Source: Octopus sinensis (Eukaryota). Taken from it: a stretch of 64,000 nt of DNA. The translations under genes were made by a program, and so were the position numbers. Position 1 is the first letter of the stretch; the number at the start of each line of letters is the position of its first letter. The DNA lies in assembly GCF_006345805.1 (NCBI RefSeq), contig NC_043005.1, positions 59,334,001 through 59,398,000 of the forward strand. The letters are read 5' to 3'. Positions 57,236-64,000 of the stretch are shown here, in pieces. The notes under the pieces were generated by a model that worked only from the letters and a program-made list of their open reading frames with translations, did not search any database and was not told the DNA's origin.

Positions 57236-59082
57236 CTCTTAATAAACAATGTTTGTGGTGAGACACCTGAGGTTGTCTATATTATATCCATTTAAGACAA
57301 TAGACATAATTTGAGGGAATTTGGTTCCTATCTTTAGCAAGTTGTCCGCAGAGGTAGAGACCACTTGTGAATGGAAATGTTGGTTCTGTGAGCGCTCCAT
57401 AAGAGATCAGTTTGTTTTTTTAATCTCTATGGTGAAGAGGAGATTACTAAGGCTATTTTCGTCACCGTTACCACCTGGCTTCACTGAGAATGGTGCTCCT
57501 ATATATCACTCCACATACAAGAGATAATCACTAAATTCCGTTTAATATGGCACTGCTGCATCAAAATAGGAAGAGCATATTCGACATTGTTATCTGAAAT
57601 ATATCAAAATATGGCATGGTCGGTGTAGGAATGATCTGGACCATAGGTCTCCTTAATTAGGGCTTATCTAGAACCAAACAGGAGCAAAAGCAACAATACC
57701 GGAAGCAATGATTTGATGAGGAAACCCCTATGTCGTCAGACCATATGCTAGAAATTACAGCCCAGTCTATCTCATACTATGTGCTGCAGCCTTAAATATA
57801 AAATAAGAGATAGTAGAGTCCCAGGTGCAACAAGTGTGAATGAATTTGATTAAACCATCGTCATCATCATCATCGTCATCATCATCATCACCACCACCGT
57901 CAGTATCTCTCTTACCGTCAGCATCTCTCACCTCCTCGCCCTACCATTACTGTCGCGACCGCCACAACTATCACGAGCAGCTGCAAAAACTGCAGCAGCA
58001 GCAGCAGCTGAAATAGCATCATCACCAATGACAATAATGACAACACCACAATCAACAAGAACACTGACGTCATCTTTGTTGTTGTCGTCACCATCAAATA
58101 CGTGAATCATCTTCGTCGTAGTCGCCATCCCTGTCGTCGTCGTCTTCGTCGCCATCCTTATCATCTTCATCACTATCAAGTTATCAAACACTACACTATA
58201 ACTCGACTTGTATCAATAGCCGTCATCAATAGAGTGTTTGCAGCAGCAATAAGAATTAAATGTAATAAGATACAGAAGATGATGCTCTGATAATGTAGAT
58301 AACTAAAATATTTTAACTAATCAAAATTACATCTTAATCAGAGAGGAAAAAATATGGATTATCCAAAGATTAATTATTGAAGTTTAGTAAAAAAAAAAAA
58401 ATCTCGAATTTTTAATTAATAATCATAAAGATGTAATGCAATACAGAGTGAGGCTGATATTTGGTACCACGCTGTCAACTCAACAGTTGTAAGAGCACTC
58501 GGAGAACTAACAACGTATTTCAACCTTATTAGACCTTCTCAGCGAATGATAATCTACCAGGTTGTTATTACTGATGTGTTAGTTGTTATTGTTGTTGCTT
58601 AGCCCCATGCCAACCTTCATCGAAAGATCTACGTGTTCCAACCATTACCATCCCGTCTATTATTGTTTCTTTTTTCTCACGTATAGTCCAGGGGAGATTA
58701 TATTAACCTGTGAAATCTTATTTTTCTTTTATTTTAATTACAGCAGGATGTGATTCGAGTAAGATATGGTTGCTATTTTTAGCTGATGCGAAGACCACAT
58801 AAAGACTTTCTGAAATAGTTTTGATAGTTATAATAGTTTTGTACATAACCAATATCAGTAAACGGTGTGATTAATATTCTCTGTGTACAATTAAAAGAAA
58901 CCACTGAGGTGGTATGATTAATGACCTTTGAAGTTTAAGATGTTAAGTATTGAAAGAGATTCAATGATGTTAAAACATAAGTCTTAGTTGTGATCTGTGA
59001 TGTCGATAACGGTGATAAATTGTGCTTCTGGTTCTACGCATTGAAGTGATCGCAGTAATGGACTAATGGCTTAGACCCTTAC

Positions 59083-59131
59083 CAGCAAAATGGTCTCAGA
59101 CACTGCGTCAGTGGTAACCATTAGGTTTCTG
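59083..59131 (-). CDS. candidate 49-nt exon (RNLMVTTDAVSETILL)
   Basis: Acceptor tcttctacag and donor gtaagg; one open frame. Confidence 0.3.
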
Positions 59132-59289
59132 CTGTAGAAGATTTCAACTCCATAATATATGTGCATACATATATACATATATTCATACACACACATACAT
59201 ACATACACACGAGCGCATACATACATATTTATATATATATGTTTATATATATGTGTGTGTGCGTGTGTGTGTGCATAAATACGTATAGG

Positions 59290-59770
59290 CGCAGGTGTGG
59301 CTAAATGGTAAGAAGTTTGATTCTCAAACACATAGTTCCGTGTTCAGACCCACTGCGTGGTACCTTGAGCAGATGTCTTCTGCTATAGCCCCGGACTGAC
59401 CAGAGACATGTGGGTAGATTTCGTTGATAGAAATTGAAAGAAGTCTGTCGTATACACACACAAAGACACACACACGCACGCACACACGCACATACTCATA
59501 CACATCCGCACACACACGCACGCACACATACACACAAATACACACACACACTCACACGTTCACACGTGTGTTGGTGTTTTTATGTCTGTGTTTGTTCCTC
59601 ACGGCTGCTTGGCAACCGGTGTTGGTGTGTTTACGTCCTAACAACCTAACGGTTTGGCGAAAGACACCGACAGAACGAGAACCTGTTTCAAGAAATTAGT
59701 CCTGGACTTGATATGTTCGATTAAAATTCTTCAAGTCTGTACTTTAGCATGGTCGTAGTCTAGTGTCTGA
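59290..59770 (+). mobile_element. SINE-B
   Basis: ataggcgcaggtgtggct head with internal (CA)n. Confidence 0.85.
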
Positions 59771-59799
59771 AAGAAATCAACGGTAAAGAGACAGTTAGG

Positions 59800-59839
<40 letters not shown>

Positions 59840-60241
59840 TAGATAGATGGGTAGGTAGGTAGGTAGGTAGGTAGGTAGGGAGGTAAGTAAATAGACAGGT
59901 ATTTAGGTAACTATATATATATAGAGAGAGATATGTTTTAGCAGATGCTAAAGGGAGACGGCACTCCCAGTGGCCTTAGAGTACGCCGGACACCAATCCG
60001 ATATTTCTGAGGACCCGTACGTATGTATGCACATTCATTCATGCATACAATCTACAAGTGGAAACGTAAAAGCGTGCACGACTTTTCTCAAGTTCAAAAT
60101 GTAAACCTGACTGTATGTACGTTCAAGCGATAGAGCTTTGTATCATTGTTAGAAACACATACTTTCTTACAAGCAGATTTTCAATTATTAAAAAATAAAC
60201 GAGAGCACACACACACGCACACAAACACACACACACACACG

Positions 60242-60281
<40 letters not shown>

Positions 60282-60350
60282 ATATATGTATATAGATACA
60301 TGCGTGTATACATATATATATGTATATAAATATATGTGTATATATATATA

Positions 60351-60390
<40 letters not shown>

Positions 60391-60405
60391 GTATGTATGT
60401 ATATG

Positions 60406-60436
<31 letters not shown>

Positions 60437-60442
60437 AGTCTG

Positions 60443-60659
60443 GATTTTATCGTGTTAATTATCCATCACGGCTGGTCTTACCAATCAGTTTCGCATGAAA
60501 TTATGTAATGGAGTGTTGGGCAAATAACCAGTTAAATAATGCACGCTCGTCAGAGCGTACATTATATAACTGGTTTGTTGCCTAACACTCCATTACATAA
60601 TTTCACGCGAAAACGATTGGTAAGACCAGCTGTGATGGATAATTAACACTATAAAATTC
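60443..60659. repeat. fold-back inverted repeat (about 106-bp arms, 4-nt loop), MITE-like
   Basis: 60443-60548 is roughly 90% identical to the reverse complement of 60553-60659. Confidence 0.92.
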
Positions 60660-61135
60660 AAACAATATACCCACTCTACTAACAGTTATACGAGTGCATC
60701 TCCCTGACTTATGATCTCCTAGACGACTGAAAGAGTTTCAGTGATGCAAAAATATTCTCTATTTCCATTGCATGTGTCTAAGTCTGTATGTGTCTCGAGT
60801 CATGATAGAAAGTAAAATGTACAATGCATTGTGAAGGAATGGGTGACCGTGTGGTTCCACAATGAAATTCTTAACACTGCAGCCATGGTTGCTCTCATGT
60901 TTACTGTGTTTCTGTATAGGATTAATAATTGTATTCGGAAAGGTTTGTTTATTTTACCGTTTGTTTTTCCTAATCTTGATATCATTAGTTTCTGGATAAT
61001 ATCGATTTCTGCAATGAAGTTATTGTTGTCGCTGTATGCCCGTCAGTGTTCAAAAGATTGCTAGATGAATACGTTATTTTTTTATCCTTGTTCTGTCTCC
61101 GGACACGGTTAGCCTTAATGATTATATAATTTTCA

Positions 61136-61178
<43 letters not shown>

Positions 61179-61271
61179 GAACGTCCTGTCTTTGTTCCTT
61201 TCCTTTTGTTCTTTTCATCCTGTCTAATCTTTCTTTCATTGTCTATATCTTTCTCTTTGTTCATATATATA

Positions 61272-61685
61272 TAGGCGCAGGAGTGGCTGTGTGGTAAGTA
61301 GCTTGTTTACCAACCACATGGTTCTGGGTTCAGTCCCACTGCATGGCACCTAGGGCAAGTGACTTCTACTATAGCCTCGGGCCGACCAATGCCTTGTGAG
61401 TGGATTTGGTAGACGGAAACTGAAAGAAGCACGTCGTATATATGTACATATATATATGCGTGCGTGTGTTTGTGTGTCTGTGTTTGTCCCCCTAGCATTG
61501 CTTGACAACCGATGCTGGTGTGTTTATGTTCCCGTTACTTAGCTATTCGACAAAAGTGACCGATAGAATAAGTACTGGGCTTACAAAGGAATAAGTCCTG
61601 GGGTCCATTTGCTCGATTAAAAGGTGGTGCTCCAGCATGGCCGCAGTCAATGACTGAAACAAGTAAAAGAGTAAAGAGTAAAGAT
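61272..61685 (+). mobile_element. full-length SINE-B
   Basis: Complete head, body and (AAAGAGT)n tail. Confidence 0.92.
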
Positions 61686-61714
61686 ATATATATATATGCA
61701 TGTATGTAAGCATA

Positions 61715-61770
<56 letters not shown>

Positions 61771-61980
61771 AATATATTTTTACACAGACAGGCACAGAAG
61801 CGTATGCGCACGCACACACATATATAAAGTGTAACTAGGGGTGTTTGGATTGTGCTACCACGTTTTATTGTATAATTCCACACCTTTTTGATCTTCAGTT
61901 TACTGATAGGAAATTACTGAAATATATCAATGTAACAGATACATAAAATTTATTACATCGCATGTCTGTATGTGTGTGTG

Positions 61981-62021
<41 letters not shown>

Positions 62022-62071
62022 TATATATATAATATATATATATATTTCAGGCCTTGTGCCAGAGTATAAAG

Positions 62072-62103
<32 letters not shown>

Positions 62104-62124
62104 TATTATATATATATATGTATA

Positions 62125-62610
<486 letters not shown>

Positions 62611-62629
62611 ATATACACACATATATATA

Positions 62630-62863
62630 TTTCTTTATTGCCCACAAGGGGCTATACATAGAGAGGACAAACAAGGACAGACAAAGGGATTAAGTCGATT
62701 ACATCGACCCCAGTGCGAATCTGGTACTTTTATTTATCGACCCCGAAAGGATGAAAGGCAAAGTCGACCTCGGCGGAATTTGAACTCAGAACGTAACGAC
62801 AGACGAAATACCGCTAAGCATTCCGTCCGGCGCGCTAACGTGTCTGCCAGCTCGCAGCCTTAT

Positions 62864-62913
<50 letters not shown>

Positions 62914-62939
62914 ATATATACATATACATATATATATAT

Positions 62940-62998
<59 letters not shown>

Positions 62999-63040
62999 TC
63001 TATATCTATATATATATATATATTATATATATATATATAT

Positions 63041-63118
<78 letters not shown>

Positions 63119-63650
63119 CTCTAAGCACAAGGCCTGAAATATTTGGGGAGGAGCCAGTTGATTAGATCGACCGCAATATTGACACCGAACGGATGAAAGG
63201 CTAAGTTAACCTCGGCGGAATTTGAATGTAAAGACAGACGAAACCGGTAAACTTTTCGCTCGGCGTGCTAAAGCTGCTTATTTCTTTATTACCCACAAGG
63301 GGCTAAACATATAAGGGAAAAACAAGGACAGACACATGGATTAAGTCGATTACATCGACCCCAGTGCGTAACTGGTACTTAATTTATCAACCCCGAAAGG
63401 ATGAAAGGCAAAGTCGACCTCGGCGGAATTTGAACTCAGAACGTAAAGACAGACGAAATACCTATTTCTATTTCTTTACTACCCACAAGGTGCTAAACAC
63501 AGAGAGGACAAACAAGGACAGACAAACGGATTAAGTCCATTATATCGACCCCAGTGAGTAACTGGTACTTATTTAATCGACCCCAAAAGTATGAAAGGCA
63601 AAGTCGACCTCGGCAGAATTTGAACTCAGAACGTTGCGGCAGGCGAAATG
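62630..63650 (-). mobile_element. SINE-A cluster: monomer 62630-62858, old copy 63120-63275, dimer 63278-63650
   Basis: Dimer junction gacgaaatac|ctatttc at 63461/63462. Confidence 0.88.
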
Positions 63651-64000
63651 TGAATAATAGAAAATACGTCTGGTTGATTACAGAACAAGAAAATTCTTAC
63701 TTAAAATATTGCAACTACGAATAAAATTTCAAATAAAATATTTAGATTTAGAAAATATTAGCTTTTATTAAAAACTAAATATGTTATTACAAATTATTAC
63801 TTCTATTTGTTATTACTTATTAATTGTATTAAAATCTAAAAATAACTCAATTGAAATATTTTTTGCTCTTTAGAATATTCCTTTTTTAAGTAGAAATTTG
63901 AAAATAAGTTGTAAAAAATAATAGTAGTACTAATTAGTTAATATAATGATTAGGATAATACAAAAATTAGTTATATATTATAGTAAAATCTACCTATTAC

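Noticed and set aside
63660-64000. Very AT-rich end, possible NUMT; also a possible 14-nt micro-exon near 63702-63715
   Set aside because: I could not recognise any mitochondrial gene or rRNA motif, and a 14-nt exon is easily found by chance.

Overview
Eukaryotic, AT-rich, microsatellite-dense genomic DNA. It is most likely from an octopus (coleoid cephalopod); I infer this from the tRNA-derived SINE families and repeat landscape, not from a database match. Most of the window is repeat-derived: at least four tRNA-headed SINE families (labelled A-D here; about 25 copies of A), one young 5'-truncated CR1-type LINE (21.67-23.96 kb, single frameshift) plus an old CR1 fragment, four R4/Dong-clade RLE LINE fragments, two K02A2.6-like Gypsy gag remnants, Penelope remnants, an internally deleted mariner, a hAT MITE with an 8-bp TSD and a 217-bp fold-back element. 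Scattered short exons with good splice sites and one open frame each suggest a long minus-strand host gene of unknown identity. Nearly all ORFs in the supplied track are microsatellite or SINE artefacts. The most unusual signal is that SINE-A forms head-to-tail dimers and trimers with an identical junction at the loop of its tRNA-like hairpin, and two of these arrays sit inside a single TSD.
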